DNA from: Clostridia bacterium
GTDB lineage: Bacteria > Bacillota > Clostridia > Oscillospirales > CAG-272
Reading direction: 5' to 3'
Length of the DNA: 57,031 bases
Assembly: GCA_017415485.1 (NCBI GenBank)
Contig: JAFQGP010000016.1
Coordinates: forward strand, 1 to 57,031
In this document: positions 16,917 through 26,615 of the stretch, piece after piece
Layout: each line of letters starts with the position of its first letter
How positions within the stretch are numbered: the stretch's first letter is position 1
Notes under the pieces: generated by a model
The model's database searches: none
What the model was told of the DNA's origin: nothing
Seen by the model: the letters and a program-made list of their open reading frames with translations, nothing else
Translations under genes and position numbers: made by a program

Positions 16917-18623
16917 ATGATGAATATTCCGCGTCCCGAACATCCGCGTCCTGATTTTTACCGTGCCGATTGGGTAAACCTCAACGGCGAGTGGGAATTC
17001 CACGAGGATTACAGCCGCTCGGGCAGAGCGCGCAAGCTCTACCACGCCGATGCCGCGCTTGACTCGAAGATCACCGTCCCCTTCTGCCGCGAAAGCGTGC
17101 TTTCGGGTCTTGGCCACACCGATTTCTGCGAGTGCGTCTGGTATCGCCGTGCGATCACACTTCCCGAAGGTTGGAATAACGGCTCTGACCGCATCCTGCT
17201 CCATATCGGCGCTTGCGACTACAAGACCGAGGTATGGGTCAATGGCAAAAACGTCGTCAACCACGTCGGCGGCTACGTTCCCGTGAACGCAGACATCACC
17301 GATGCTCTCGGTGAGGGCGAAAATATCATCACGGTCTGCGCCGATGACGTCATCCGCACCCACAATCAGCCCGGAGGCAAGCAGTGCCCCGAGTATGCCT
17401 CCCACGGTTGCTCCTATACAAGAACCACCGGCATTTGGCAGACGGTATGGCTCGAGCGCGTTCCCGCTTCCTACATAAAGAATTTCAAGATCTACACCGA
17501 CATCCACTCGGGCACCGTCACCGTCGCAGTCAGCACGATCGGCTGCGAGGGCAAGAATGTTTCGGTCAAGACAAGCTTTGGCGGAAACTGCACAGGCGGC
17601 GCCGAGGCAGGCGTTTCGAACGGTATGGCAACCGTGACCGTCAAGCTCTCCGAGGTCAACCTTTGGGAGATCGGCGCGGGCAGACTTTACGATATGACCA
17701 TCTCGGTCGGCGACGACGAGGTCAAGACATATTTCGGTATGCGCTCGGTCGAGGTCAAGGACGGATTCCTTTATCTCAACGGCAAGTGCGTATTCCAGCG
17801 ACTCATCCTCGACCAGGGCTTCTATCCCGACGGAATCTACACCGCTTCGGTCGACGAGGAGCTTCTGAGCGACATCAAGCGCTCGATGGCGTGCGGATTC
17901 GACGGCGCAAGACTTCACCAGAAGATCTTTGAGCCCCGATTCCTCTACTATTGCGACCGCGAGGGCTACATCGTTTGGGGCGAGCACGGCAACTGGGGTC
18001 TCGACATCGCGCGCGCTGACGCTTGGGCAAACTTCATTCCCGAGTGGGTCGAGTGCGTTGAGCGCGATTTCAACCATCCCTCCATCATCGGCTGGTGTCC
18101 TCTCAACGAAACGCAGAAGAATCAGGATCCCGATTTCGTCCGCGCTCTCGGCGCAGTGACACGCTCCTTCGACCCGACCCGTGCCTACATCGACACATCG
18201 GGATGGACCCACGTTCACCACGTTTCCGACTTCATGGACGTTCACGACTACGATCAGAATCCCGAGACCTTCCGCGCGAGATATGAGGATATGAGAGTCA
18301 ACGGCACTCTCCAGGGTATGCCGCGCAACCACTTCGGCTACACCACCACCTTCGTTTCCGAGTACGGCGGAATCCGCTGGGCTCCCGAGGGAGCAGGCTG
18401 GGGCTACGGCAACGCGCCGAAGTCAGGCGAGGAATTTATCGAGAGATTCCGCGGCTTGACCGACGCCCTCCTCGACAACCCCGCGATCGGCGGACTTTGC
18501 TACACCCAGCTCACCGACGTCGAGCAGGAAGTCAACGGACTTTACACATATAACCGCGAAGTCAAATTCGACCCCGCGATCTTCAAGGCAATCCTTCAGC
18601 GCAAGGCAGCTTGTGAGGAGTAA
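16917..18623 (+). CDS. Glycoside hydrolase family 2 (beta-galactosidase/glucuronidase-like)
   Basis: PRPEHPRP, LNGEWEF, GIWQTVWLE, NHPSIIGWCPLNE (acid/base) and VSEYGG (nucleophile). Confidence 0.92.
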   Translation: MMNIPRPEHPRPDFYRADWVNLNGEWEFHEDYSRSGRARKLYHADAALDSKITVPFCRESVLSGLGHTDFCECVWYRRAITLPEGWNNGSDRILLHIGACDYKTEVWVNGKNVVNHVGGYVPVNADITDALGEGENIITVCADDVIRTHNQPGGKQCPEYASHGCSYTRTTGIWQTVWLERVPASYIKNFKIYTDIHSGTVTVAVSTIGCEGKNVSVKTSFGGNCTGGAEAGVSNGMATVTVKLSEVNLWEIGAGRLYDMTISVGDDEVKTYFGMRSVEVKDGFLYLNGKCVFQRLILDQGFYPDGIYTASVDEELLSDIKRSMACGFDGARLHQKIFEPRFLYYCDREGYIVWGEHGNWGLDIARADAWANFIPEWVECVERDFNHPSIIGWCPLNETQKNQDPDFVRALGAVTRSFDPTRAYIDTSGWTHVHHVSDFMDVHDYDQNPETFRARYEDMRVNGTLQGMPRNHFGYTTTFVSEYGGIRWAPEGAGWGYGNAPKSGEEFIERFRGLTDALLDNPAIGGLCYTQLTDVEQEVNGLYTYNREVKFDPAIFKAILQRKAACEE

Positions 18624-18683
18624 AATTAATTAATAATTCTGCTTTCTTGATATAGTGCAATTGTCAAATATACGCACAAACCC

Positions 18684-18989
18684 GTAGGGGACGGCGCCCT
18701 CGACGTCCCCTTACAGCACATAGATTTATATAAAACATTATTTAGTAATTCAAAATAATATTATACCTGTAGGGACCGACGTCCTCGGCGGTCCGTGGGC
18801 ATTAAATTATATATTTGGTATGATTTAGAAAACATAATTATATTTTCTTGATTTAATACTTAGCAATAATTTCATTGGGCTCGGACCGCCGAGGACGTCG
18901 GTCCCTACTGGAATAATTTTATAATAGCATCTAATTTAATCAAATAAATAATTCTGTGCAGCTCGGGACGTCGAGGCGCCGTCCCCTAC
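18684..18989. repeat. Nested GTAG-type REP pairs (A-B-B'-A', REPIN-like)
   Basis: A 18684-18710 gtaggggacggcgccctcgacgtcccc; B 18769-18795 gtagggaccgacgtcctcggcggtccg; B' 18882-18908 is the exact reverse complement of B; A' 18965-18989 is the reverse complement of A minus one base. Spacers are AT-rich. Confidence 0.85.
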
Positions 18990-19060
18990 GAGCTCGTAAG
19001 ATGATTTGAGATATAATTCTGTTTTTATCTCGTACATTAAATAAGAAAAGGTAACATAAA

Positions 19061-20122
19061 ATGAGCGAAAAAATGATGGCAGCCGTGCTTTGCGGCGACA
19101 GAGATCTTCAGTATAAAGAAACAGAAAAGCCCTCCCCGAAGGCGGGTGAGGTGCTTGTAAGAGTCCGTGCGAGCGGTATCTGCGGCTCGGATATTCCGCG
19201 TGTGCTCCACGGCGGCGCGCATTTCTTCCCGATCATCCTCGGTCACGAGTTTTCGGGCGAGATCGCGGCTCTCGGCGAGGGCGTTGAGGGATTTGAGATC
19301 GGCGACCGCGTTTCGGGTGCGCCTCTCAAGCCCTGCGGAAAGTGCCGCGATTGTCAGAAGGGTAATTACTCCCTCTGCAAGCACTATTCCTTCATCGGCT
19401 CGCGTGAAAACGGAAGTTTTGCGCAGTACGTTTGCATCCCCGCGCAGAACGCGATCAAGTTTGACAAGAGCGTTTCCTTCGAGCAGGGCGCGATGTTCGA
19501 GCCCTCGACCGTAGCTCTCCACGGCGTGCTCCTCAACGAGTGCGCGGGCGGCGAGTACGTTGCCGTTTGCGGCGGCGGTACGATCGGTCTTTTCACCGCG
19601 CAGTGGGCAAAGATCTTCGGCGCGAAGAAGGTCGTCGTAATCGACATTCTCGACGAAAGACTTGAGCTCGCAAAGAAGCTCGGCGCGGACGAGGGATTCA
19701 ACTCCACCGACCCCGATTTTGCCGAAAAGATCAAGGCATACACGGGCGGTCAGGGATTCGGCGCAGTCTATGAGACCGCGGGAAGCCCCGTAACTATGAA
19801 AATGGCGTTCGAGCTTGCGGCAAACAAGGCTCACGTCTGCTTCATCGGCACCCCCCACACCGACGTCACCTTCACACCCAAGATGTGGGAAAACCTCAAC
19901 CGCAAGGAATTCCGCCTTGTCGGCTCCTGGATGAGCTATTCCGCGCCCTTCCCGGGCAAGGAATGGGAGCTCACCGCCGCTTGCTTCGGCGACGGCAGAC
20001 TCAAGTACGACGACGGCCTCGTTTTCGCAAAATACCCCCTCGCAAAGGCGTGGGATGCGTTTGAGCTCTATCTTACACCCGGAGCGGTGAAGGGTAGGAT
20101 TTTGCTCGTTGACGAAGACTGA
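19061..20122 (+). CDS. Zinc-dependent sugar-alcohol(-phosphate) dehydrogenase, galactitol-1-phosphate 5-dehydrogenase-like
   Basis: GICGSD, GHEFSG, structural Zn motif CGKCRDC...C, FEP, GGGTIG and GSWMSYSAPFPG. Confidence 0.88.
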   Translation: MSEKMMAAVLCGDRDLQYKETEKPSPKAGEVLVRVRASGICGSDIPRVLHGGAHFFPIILGHEFSGEIAALGEGVEGFEIGDRVSGAPLKPCGKCRDCQKGNYSLCKHYSFIGSRENGSFAQYVCIPAQNAIKFDKSVSFEQGAMFEPSTVALHGVLLNECAGGEYVAVCGGGTIGLFTAQWAKIFGAKKVVVIDILDERLELAKKLGADEGFNSTDPDFAEKIKAYTGGQGFGAVYETAGSPVTMKMAFELAANKAHVCFIGTPHTDVTFTPKMWENLNRKEFRLVGSWMSYSAPFPGKEWELTAACFGDGRLKYDDGLVFAKYPLAKAWDAFELYLTPGAVKGRILLVDED

Positions 20123-20127
20123 GCGTA

Positions 20128-20376
20128 AAGAGTGCAGAGTGCAGAATGCAGAGTGCAGAGTGAAGGAATATTTTCTCGCGTTGCTCGGAAATAATTAAAT
20201 AATAATTCTCGGATATCAAGAAGTTTTTACTTCAAAATATCCGAGAATTTTTTATTTACTTGTATTAATTTTGAAAATGCGAAGTTGCATTAGAACAGCA
20301 CAAAATTATTGATGAAAATTTTCGCTTCGCGAAAATTTACCTTCAACTAGCAACTAGCAACTAGCGACTAGCAACT
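20128..20376. repeat. Convergent intergenic element bounded by heptamer tandem repeats
   Basis: Left (agagtgc)n, right (caactag)n; each runs inward into GAAGG(A/T)A..TTT and a hairpin. Central inverted repeat aattctcggatat...atatccgagaatt. Confidence 0.8.
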
Positions 20377-21185
20377 TACTGATGCTTTCCCCTGTTACGA
20401 AGGAACTGCAGAATCTCATCCGGATTGTTGCAGGTGATGAGCGTGCCGCCGCATGCGATTACTTCGTCAACGTGCTCCTGAGTCTTGACTCCTGCGGGTG
20501 CCCAGGGCTGGATCCCGAGGGCTGCCATGCGGTCGAATTCTTCCTTCGTCGCCATATTGATGGGGCTATACAGCGCGCGGAACATGCAGCAGCAGTAGGC
20601 ACTGGAGGTGTAGGGGTCGCGCTTGACCTTGCCCATGTGGGTGAGGGGGTAGTAGATGTGGCGGCGGTATTTGGAGCCGTACTTGTCCTCCATATACTCG
20701 TGAAGCTTGCCGTTGAAGGTATTGATAACAACGCGGTCTGTGAAGCCGTAGTCGTCGATGATCTTCATAACGCGGTCGCAAACGTCAAAGGCGATCTCGT
20801 CACGTCCGTCAACGGGGTATTCCTTGAGCTCAATATCGAGGGTCATTGTGGGATGATCCTTGACAAGCTCCATAAATTCAATGAAAGTGGGGATCTTTTC
20901 GCCCGCGAACTCCGCGCCCTTCCAGGAACCCGCGTCGAGGGTCTTGAGCTCTGCGAGATTCTTGTCGCAAACCTTACCCGTGCCGTTTGTGGTGCGGTCA
21001 ACGGTCGCGTCATGGATGCAGACGAGCTCGCCGTCGCGGGTGATGCGGACGTCGGTCTCGATCTGGTCAACGCCGATCTCGATAGCCTTGCGGAACGCGA
21101 GCAGGGTGTTTTCGGGGTAAACGGTGCTCCATCCGCGGTGCGCGGCGACGTATATGTTATCCTTCGATAGTGTCCAGTAATTCAT
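20376..21185 (-). CDS. Glycerophosphodiester phosphodiesterase family protein
   Basis: AHRG, PENTL.AF, IETDV, HDATVDRTTNG and IELK. Confidence 0.92.
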   Translation of the reverse strand: MNYWTLSKDNIYVAAHRGWSTVYPENTLLAFRKAIEIGVDQIETDVRITRDGELVCIHDATVDRTTNGTGKVCDKNLAELKTLDAGSWKGAEFAGEKIPTFIEFMELVKDHPTMTLDIELKEYPVDGRDEIAFDVCDRVMKIIDDYGFTDRVVINTFNGKLHEYMEDKYGSKYRRHIYYPLTHMGKVKRDPYTSSAYCCCMFRALYSPINMATKEEFDRMAALGIQPWAPAGVKTQEHVDEVIACGGTLITCNNPDEILQFLRNRGKHQ

Positions 21186-21372
21186 TTTCTGCCTCCGTAG
21201 GTAGTTTTTTTATAATTATATCACCTAAAGCGGCGAAAGTCAATATCTTTTCTTCCGACATATAATGACAATGAGGAAAAATTTCCATTGTCATTATTTC
21301 CGTCAAATGTTTAAGATGGCGTATTTGATGGCAAGAATATCAATAGAAGCCCACAAGGAAAGGATGAAGGAA

Positions 21373-21825
21373 ATGAACTCGCAGATCCGCAGAGGGGATA
21401 TATATTATGCAGATCTTTCGCCCGTAGTCGGTTCGGAGCAGGGCGGCCTGCGCCCGGTGCTGATAATACAAAACGATGTAGGGAACAAATACAGTCCGAC
21501 GGTCATAGCCGCCGCGATCACCTCGAGAATGAGCAAAACACGCCTGCCGACACATATCGACATATACGCCTCGCGCGCGGGACTCGCGCGGGATTCGGTG
21601 ATACTTCTCGAGCAGATACGTACACTTGACAAACGCCGCCTGCGCGAGCGGATGGGACATCTTGACGATGAGATGATGGACAGGGTGAATAATGCCATAG
21701 CGGTCAGTTTTGGGATAATGACGGCGCCGACGGTGGGGGATGAGGAGGAGATACAGCCTTCGGCTGTGGCGGAGGTTACTATCGCGCAGGGGACGGGAGA
21801 TGTTCCGCCACAGGCGGAGGGATGA
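21373..21825 (+). CDS. mazF: PemK/MazF (NdoA/EndoA-type) endoribonuclease with acidic C-terminal tail
   Basis: [46 protein letters not shown] and [13 protein letters not shown]. Start is 21373 or 21364. Confidence 0.93.
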   Translation: MNSQIRRGDIYYADLSPVVGSEQGGLRPVLIIQNDVGNKYSPTVIAAAITSRMSKTRLPTHIDIYASRAGLARDSVILLEQIRTLDKRRLRERMGHLDDEMMDRVNNAIAVSFGIMTAPTVGDEEEIQPSAVAEVTIAQGTGDVPPQAEG

Positions 21826-22225
21826 GGAGATCGCTGCGCGAGTTAAGATCGGCTTGCGCCGAGATATTGTTGCGCTGCGCGCAAGTTATGATCGCGCGAT
21901 GCGCGAGTTAAGATTCGCCTTCGGCGAAGTTTGAAGGTGAATTTCCGCACGCGGAAATTTTCGATCAAAAAAACAACAGCAGCGGGAAAGTTTTTGAAGA
22001 TTCTTAAGGAACTTTTCTCAAAAAGTTCCTTAAGTCGCGCTCCGCAGACATATTTGCCTACGGCAAAAGTCGACTCTGCCTTGTCGGCTTCCGCCTCCAT
22101 TTTCCTTCGGAAAACCGCCAGAGCCGTGCGAAACTCCCCCTGCGCTTCAAACGGGCGGCGCCCCGCCGCCCGTTTGGAAGGAGTAAAACCTCCCCTAACA
22201 GGGGAGGTTTTCGCTCCTTCACCCT
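21826..22225 (+). repeat. Composite structured repeat (hairpin array plus double-stem module), homologous to 37594-37900
   Basis: Five short hairpins with 7-nt linkers, gaaggtgaatttccgc..gcggaaattt, cttaaggaacttttctcaaaaagttccttaag and gaaggagt-stem-cgctccttc. Confidence 0.8.
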
Positions 22226-22333
22226 TTGCCGCACGAAAGAGTCTTCGCTTCATTATTTCCCAAAATTACAAAAATTGCAACGAAAAAATGTAAGATCATC
22301 ACACTTTTTACGACGAATAATGTAAAAATACCT

Positions 22334-22366
22334 CCGCCGAGAGTAACGGTCTGTTACTCTCGGCGG
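22334..22366 (-). terminator. Probable terminator of the ECF sigma gene
   Basis: ccgccgagagtaac-ggtct-gttactctcggcgg followed by a T-rich tract on the minus strand. Confidence 0.65.
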
Positions 22367-22373
22367 AATTTAA

Positions 22374-23918
22374 TTAATATTTTACAACACAAATGGCAGG
22401 TTTATCGCTATCTGTGACCGGGCTTATCCAATCCATTTCAGACAGCTTGCTTACCAATTTATCTATTGAATAGAAGCGGTAAACCAATGCGCCGACGTAT
22501 TCTGCGGTTTGGCGGATGTGAGTAGGAGCAAGATCCGCAGTTATATTTGCGGCAATCTCGGCAGTTTTTCTGTTCAAATCCGTAACAACGGAGATGCACT
22601 CATGCAGGATCTGCTGAAGCTCATTGTATTCTTTGTATGACCATACTGCAAAATTCGCCTTGCCGTTCTTTGCGTAACCGCGTTCGTCCAGCACTTTCTG
22701 CCAATCATTCGGCAAATACTCAAAGCAATCGACCGCTGTGCAAACTATGGGATCAGTCATGCCATAATCAAAATGCTGGGCATTCAGCGTTTGTCTGAAA
22801 TTCATTGCTATAACACTTCCGCGTTTATCGCTTGACTCGCACCCGTTATAAATTCCTTGAATACCCTGGGGTAATTTTTCTTGAACAGATGACTCAAAGC
22901 TTCTGCCCCAGATCACACCCTTACCGTTCTCGGCTGTTTTACCGTACTTACTTTTCAGAGTCTTCTCGCTTTCCATCAATGCGAAGTGCATACACATTAA
23001 AACTTTTTGCCAACGTGCGAGATTGGTGTTTGCAAATCTGTTTTCAAAACGCGCGTCAAACTCATCCGTCACGGCAACAAGTTTTCGTGCGCTTTCTTCG
23101 ATAAGCTCTTTCAGCTTTTCATCGATCGTGTTCGTGCAATCAAGCGTGAAGATCGGGATATTGGTCAGATATTTTCCATTGTTGCAGACAAGATATTCAC
23201 GATCAACGAGCAACTTGATTTCGTCCTCAAGGTAAGGAAGCGCAACGCCGAGCTCTATGCTGATCTCTTGAATCGTCATCGGGCTGTAGTATGCCGCAAG
23301 CAAAATATTGCCCTTTATCTTTCTTTTCCGAAATGAGCTGAATTCGTTTGGATTGAATTGTACCAATCCCCAGTAATCAATTTCGAACCCGCAGGGTTTA
23401 TAACTTTTTTCACCGAATAGTCTTTCCATATTCATACCCTCTCTGATAATTTTTCTTGCGCGGAACAAATAATACTTTACCATTTCCGTGCTGATCTGCA
23501 ATTTTTTCGCAATTGCGGAGCAGGAGAGATTTTCGATATAGTACAAAACGGTTGCATCCCGATACTGTTTTGACAAAAGCGAGAGCTCGCGTCGAAGAAG
23601 ATTCAGTTCCTCTTTTTGGGCGATTTCATCTAAAACAGACTCGGAGTCATCGGCAATGTTTTCGTCGAGCTCCGCTGTACGGCTTGCGTTTTTCGCTTTT
23701 TTGCGAAGATAGTCCATATAAACATTCTCCGCAATTTTCCACATAAAGCCGTAAAATCGTTCCTCATCTTTCAGATTAGGTGCCGACCGAATAATTTCAT
23801 ATAAAATATCGCTCGCAAGATATTCTGCTTCGGTCACATTCCCCAGCCTTGTCAAAGCAAAGCCGAATATCGACTTCATATTTTCGGCTATCAACCGCTC
23901 AAGCTTTATACTATCCAT
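22374..23918 (-). CDS. ECF sigma-70 factor with a long C-terminal extension
   Basis: Region 2 (SIFGFALTRLG...AEYLASDI...FMWKIAENV), region 4 (LYYIENLSCSAIAKKLQISTEMVKYYLFRAR), then about 350 extra aa. Start ATG at 23918. Confidence 0.85.
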   Translation of the reverse strand: MDSIKLERLIAENMKSIFGFALTRLGNVTEAEYLASDILYEIIRSAPNLKDEERFYGFMWKIAENVYMDYLRKKAKNASRTAELDENIADDSESVLDEIAQKEELNLLRRELSLLSKQYRDATVLYYIENLSCSAIAKKLQISTEMVKYYLFRARKIIREGMNMERLFGEKSYKPCGFEIDYWGLVQFNPNEFSSFRKRKIKGNILLAAYYSPMTIQEISIELGVALPYLEDEIKLLVDREYLVCNNGKYLTNIPIFTLDCTNTIDEKLKELIEESARKLVAVTDEFDARFENRFANTNLARWQKVLMCMHFALMESEKTLKSKYGKTAENGKGVIWGRSFESSVQEKLPQGIQGIYNGCESSDKRGSVIAMNFRQTLNAQHFDYGMTDPIVCTAVDCFEYLPNDWQKVLDERGYAKNGKANFAVWSYKEYNELQQILHECISVVTDLNRKTAEIAANITADLAPTHIRQTAEYVGALVYRFYSIDKLVSKLSEMDWISPVTDSDKPAICVVKY

Positions 23919-24063
23919 TTGTTTCTCACTTTCCGTTTTCAGGCGCCTGCATATATATAGTCGTCGAAAAGACAAAACGGTTAAGATGATTTCAATATTT
24001 TTCAGAATAATTATATCATAAATATGTGAATTAGTCTACATAAATATTTGCAGACACAAAAGC

Positions 24064-24092
24064 AAAATCCGCCCGGATTTCGGGCGGATTTT
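24064..24092. terminator. Bidirectional-type terminator downstream of the AEC transporter
   Basis: aaaatccgcccg-gattt-cgggcggatttt. Confidence 0.65.
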
Positions 24093-24228
24093 AGTTTAGA
24101 GTTTAGAGTTATGATGCCCTTCGGGCAGTTATGAATTTGCTTCGCAAACGTTATAGTTGTGCCGCAGGCACATCATAACTTGGCGTAGCCAATCATAACT
24201 CAAAACTCGCCGCAGGCGAATATAACTT
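24093..24228. repeat. Inverted hairpin array with agttatga/tcataact linkers
   Basis: (agtttag)2 agttatga tgcccttcgggca gttatga tttgcttcgcaaa ... tgtgccgcaggcaca tcataac ttggcgtagccaa tcataact ... tcgccgcaggcga atataact. Confidence 0.8.
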
Positions 24229-25218
24229 TTAGAACGCTCCTCCCATACGAAGCAGGAAGGTCACGAGGAATACGGTGAGGGCTGAAACGAGGGTGGACCA
24301 GACTACGAGCTGACCTGCGAGGGTTACGTCGCCGCCCATTTCCTGAACCATGGGTACGCTGGGGACTGCAACGGGGGTCGCAAAGGCTGCAACGAGGGTT
24401 GCAAACTGCGCGGCGTTGAATTTTTCGCGGAAGAAGAGGAATGCCACGCCGAGAACGAGAGCGGGAACGATCACGGTGCGGGTGAGAGTACCGAAAATGA
24501 TCTCCTTTTTGAGCGCGGCAACTGCCGAGAACTCAAACTGTGCACCAAGAACGAGAAGCGCGAGCGGTATCGCAAGGTTTGCGAGATACTGAAGCACCTG
24601 GAAAAGGGGCGTGATGTTCGAAAGCTTGAAGGTGATGCCCATCGGCTCGAGTACGAAGGTTCGAACCGCAACGCAAACGAGTGCCGCGAAAATACCGATG
24701 ATGAGGGGGTTCTTGATGATGTCAAGAATGATCTTCTTCGGCGAAATCTTCTCACCGCTGTCGTTGCCGAGAGCGGAAAGGCTGATTACTGCAAGAACGT
24801 TGAAGCAAGGAATGAGCGCGGCGGAAAGAATGGTTGCCGCCATCATACCCTCATCGCCGTAAAGCGAGCCTGCAAGGGGGATACCGATCAGGGAGTAACC
24901 CGAACGGAAAATAGCCTGAACGAGAACGCCGACGCGGTCCTTTTTGCCCGCGATCATCATGCAAGCGGGGATGGAGAGCGCGAAAACGATGAAAAGCGCG
25001 ATGAGGCAGTATCCGATGAAGCCGAGATCGACGTCGGAAAGCGACATCTTGTAGATATTAACGAAGAGCATAACGGGCATGAACGCGCGGAAAACGAGCT
25101 TGTTCGCCTTTTTGGCGAAATCCTCGTCCATCATACCGATCTTTTTGAAAAAATATCCGACAATTACAGCCAAAACGATCGGCGCAACAGCGGAGAGAGC
25201 GAAAATAAACGAATCCAT
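24229..25218 (-). CDS. AEC (auxin efflux carrier)-family transporter
   Basis: About 10 hydrophobic helices, NKLVFR...P, IGIPLA, IIKNPLI, ALLVLGA and ATPVAV. Confidence 0.9.
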   Translation of the reverse strand: MDSFIFALSAVAPIVLAVIVGYFFKKIGMMDEDFAKKANKLVFRAFMPVMLFVNIYKMSLSDVDLGFIGYCLIALFIVFALSIPACMMIAGKKDRVGVLVQAIFRSGYSLIGIPLAGSLYGDEGMMAATILSAALIPCFNVLAVISLSALGNDSGEKISPKKIILDIIKNPLIIGIFAALVCVAVRTFVLEPMGITFKLSNITPLFQVLQYLANLAIPLALLVLGAQFEFSAVAALKKEIIFGTLTRTVIVPALVLGVAFLFFREKFNAAQFATLVAAFATPVAVPSVPMVQEMGGDVTLAGQLVVWSTLVSALTVFLVTFLLRMGGAF

Positions 25219-25374
25219 AAACTGATCCTTCTTCCTTATTGAAATAACTCCAATATTTTACCACTTTTTTCATCGCTCTTCAAGTGCATTTTTTGACGAT
25301 TTTCTACCTATTTATATAATTTTTTTGTGTGAGTTGCCTTGAGCGACATATTTTCTATCCCAAACGATGAAAAA

Positions 25375-25646
25375 AGCGCCACGGAAAGTTTTCGTCCACC
25401 TTTTTCAAAAGGTGGCAGAGCTCGAGACGGAGTCTCGAACTAATGCAAAAGCTTCAGCTTTTGCTTCCGTGCTTCAAACAGGTGAAGCTCTGCTTCTCCT
25501 GTTTGGACAGAGTCAATACTTCCCGATTGTAGGGAAGTATTGCGCTCTGTCACCCTGCGCGACCTATGGTCGCGCAATACGGCATAAAATCTTCGCTTGG
25601 GCACTGTATACCCACCGTGGCCCTCCCGCTTGCGGGAGGGCTTAAA
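25375..25646 (+). repeat. Structured intergenic repeat, third member of the double-stem family
   Basis: ggaaagtttt, ccacctttttcaaaaggtgg, gcttcaaac-stem-gtttgga and cagagt-caatacttccc..gggaagtattg-cgctctgtcaccct. Confidence 0.7.
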
Positions 25647-25764
25647 TTTAGAAGACCGGTAATATAGTTCTATCTCCTTCCAATCATCACAAAAAAGCGC
25701 TATGAGAAAACCCTCATAGCGCTTTTTGAAAATTATTATATTCTTGTCGAGCCTTTTGACAATA

Positions 25765-26601
25765 TCAAACCTCAATTTCCTCGCCGGGAGTCTCGACCGC
25801 AGCCAAAGCTGCGTCGCGGAGAGCCATGACCTCGAGCGTCTCTGCGCAGTCGAAGCTTGCCTTTCCCGTTTCAAAGAAATTCAGCATATCCGCGATAAGT
25901 CCGTCAAAGAAGGGGGATTTCAGCGACTTCCAAGTCTCTTTCCCGGACTTGGTCATATACGCGCCGTAGGGCATAGAGGCGCCCCAGATCATCGTTGCAT
26001 CCTTGCCGCTTGTCGTCTTTGCCTGAATTATCCACTGGCTGCCGTTCGCGGTGGCTTTGACGCACTTGACTGCGCCCATCTTCTTTACCACCATCTCGCC
26101 GAGATGAATGAAATACTCGGGAAGATTCGAGCCGCCACCCGTCACGAGCAGACTGTCGGGCGCGTCGACCGCGTCAAGCTCGGTGGCGTATCTTAAAGCA
26201 GAGGTGCTGAAAAATGGAGTGCCATATTTCTCGCCGAGGGCGAAAATCTCCTTTGCGACGGCGGAATCGGGCGCGAAGGTCTTGTCGATATAGGTCCTCT
26301 TGCCGTGCTTCAGAACCGCCTCGGCATAGCGCAGATGCGTTTCGGGATTCGAGGGCGAGAGAATTACGATAACGTCGCTCTTCTCGCAAAGCTCGTCGAT
26401 GGTCGCGCAGGACTCCGCGCCGAATTTTTCGCACCACTCGGCGGTGGTGAGACCGTCAATGGGCGAGGTCTCAAGCTCTGCCCAAGCGTAGGCGACCTTG
26501 TAATCCACGCCCATTTCGGCGGCGATGCGGTCGATCCACGCGGGATAGTTGTTTGCGTGCCATTCGCTGATAAAATAATCAACAAATCCAATCTTTTTCA
26601 T
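25765..26601 (-). CDS. Gfo/Idh/MocA-like oxidoreductase
   Basis: N-terminal KIGFVD, H...A...L..GK..YIDKTFA and FSTSALRY. Confidence 0.75.
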   Translation of the reverse strand: MKKIGFVDYFISEWHANNYPAWIDRIAAEMGVDYKVAYAWAELETSPIDGLTTAEWCEKFGAESCATIDELCEKSDVIVILSPSNPETHLRYAEAVLKHGKRTYIDKTFAPDSAVAKEIFALGEKYGTPFFSTSALRYATELDAVDAPDSLLVTGGGSNLPEYFIHLGEMVVKKMGAVKCVKATANGSQWIIQAKTTSGKDATMIWGASMPYGAYMTKSGKETWKSLKSPFFDGLIADMLNFFETGKASFDCAETLEVMALRDAALAAVETPGEEIEV

Positions 26602-26615
26602 ATCGAAACCTCGTT

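Noticed and set aside
21843-22417. ORFs 21843-22253, 21931-22293 and 22226-22417 (also 25367-25645, 41846-42052, 2714-2902)
   Set aside because: They run through palindromic non-coding repeats and lack protein motifs or convincing ribosome-binding sites.
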